Origin: Octopus sinensis
Taxonomy: Eukaryota
Direction: 5' to 3'
DNA length: 64,000 bases
NCBI RefSeq assembly: GCF_006345805.1
Contig: NC_042998.1
Span: 156,116,001 to 156,180,000, forward strand
Both the position numbers and the translations under genes were made by a program. Positions 62,503 through 64,000 of this stretch are shown here, piece after piece (within the stretch, counting starts at the first letter, position 1; every line of letters starts with the position of its first letter). Under the pieces are notes generated by a model. That model saw only the letters and a program-made list of their open reading frames with translations. It was not told the origin of the DNA and did no database searches.

Positions 62503-63920
62503 ATGTCAACTTTGTCTTTCATCTTTTTGGGGGTCATTAAAATAAATACCAGTTAAGCACTGGAGCCGATGTAATCGATGCCCTTTTTCCTAAAATTTTT
62601 GGGTTTGTGAAAAAATTTGAAACCATAATTATTAACTTTAGGGTGGTAAAATCGTAAGAGCGTCAAGGGTCCAACCATGAAAGGTATTGTTTTTCAAATT
62701 CCTCGAAACTTTTTCGAAGTGAAGAAGTCTTTGTACCTTATAGTCAATGCTAAAACTTCCATGTAACCTATTCCAAGAATACATTACAAATGTTAAGCTT
62801 ATGAGTCCTTCAGGTCCATTACAGTCGTTCAAATGACCAACTCATGATGATTGTTGCTGGGTTTCTTTCCATCGTGTACTTTGTCTAATCGAATGCCCAA
62901 TCAATTCAATAGTTTAAGTTATATAGTGAAAGAGAAAAGCAATTTCAGAGTTGTTTTCAAAAGGCTAGTTAGACATTTAAGTTTCATTCTTCCTCGTTGT
63001 ACTACATTCGTCATTTTCTGCTACTTTTATTTCCTTTCCTACTCCAAAAACTGAAAAAAATTTGCAACTTTTTGCTATCTATTTTTCAAAGAATACATAA
63101 TTTCCAATGGATCCAAAATTTAATTTTCACTAATTTACGCCTAAAGCTACTGTGTACTTGGGTTCCCCATCTAAACTTATCCCTGAGATTTAGGGTTAGA
63201 TTATTGCCCATTTTAAGGGCAACTGACTTTGGCTTGAGAGTTGAAACCAATTTTATTTGAAAATCCATTTCTGTTATTACTTCAAAAATGTTTGAAAAAA
63301 TAATGGACCCACATTGGATTTCCGAAGTCAAACATGGCGGATTTGAGTCTTAGGCGGCTCACTATTCAATGACTAATAATTCTAGATCTAAATATTTGCC
63401 TTATCTGAATTTTGGTATTGAAATCTTTTTTACAAGGTGCCAACATTCAAAACTTCTTGCATTTGAAATTTGCTTTTTCTTATATTTCGGAGTACCTGGA
63501 AAACAATTGAGACAGCTATAGTCTTTCATTATTATTCATTTGTAATGTATTCTTGGAGTAGGTTACATGTACAAGGTTTCAAAATTTTGAAAACGTCTCA
63601 ATCTGGATATATTAGTGGTTAAATATGGCTCCAAATTTAGCAAAATCTTCAAACTCCTGTCAACGGCCTACTTTGAATTCCGATAAAATCACAACCATTC
63701 ACTTCGAGAAAGTTTCAAGGAATTTGAAAGACAATACCTTTCAAGGTTAAACCCTTAACGCTCTCACGATTTTACTGTCCTAAAGTTAATAATTATGGTT
63801 TTAAATATTTTCAGAAAGCCAAATTTTTTCACAAATTTTAGTAGGGCAACGATTACATCTGTTCCAGTGCTTAACTGGTATTTATTTTCTTGACCTCGAA
63901 AACACAAAGGTAAAGTCGAC
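62503..63920. repeat. Old fold-back: about 220-bp diverged inverted repeats including a SINE C tail
   Basis: 62503-62725 vs 63698-63920, with further inverted homology at 62760-62792 vs 63538-63570. Confidence 0.8.
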
Positions 63921-63922
63921 TG

Positions 63923-64000
63923 TCTTCTTCTTCTTCTTCTCTTCTTCTTCTTCTTCTTCTTCTTCTTCTTCTTCTTCTTCTTCTTCTTCTTCTTCTTCTT
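63923..64000. repeat. (CTT)n microsatellite
   Basis: Read directly; runs off the window end. Confidence 0.97.

Overview
Repeat-dominated, AT-rich eukaryotic (metazoan) DNA, inferred to be cephalopod and most likely Octopus from its SINE families and very dense (TA)n/(CA)n/(TATG)n microsatellites. There is no intact host CDS. Most listed ORFs are microsatellite or low-complexity artefacts. Recognisable content: (1) a near full-length but inactivated Neptune-type Penelope-like element (RT + GIY-YIG, direct pLTRs, 3903-8743) plus several fragments; (2) a 5'-truncated CR1/L2-group LINE with a single reading frame broken by two TAA stops (50293-53209); (3) CR1, RTE and R4/Dong-like LINE relics, mariner and Chapaev3-like transposase relics, MITEs, Helitron-like non-autonomous elements and a solo LTR; (4) many tRNA-derived SINEs. 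The main finding is about 10 type-I hammerhead ribozyme-like motifs from several unrelated sequence families. These include canonical cores, a U3-A8 core variant and a recurrent U6 variant, and they sit in small non-coding partial-tandem or fold-back units, most of them next to (TA)n tracts (retrozyme-like). Several such insertions landed in the internal microsatellite of one SINE family, whose 3' stem-loop matches the 3' end of the local LINE. A phase-compatible chain of four candidate minus-strand exons suggests that much of the window may be intronic. All calls were made by eye; no database searches or folding computations were run.
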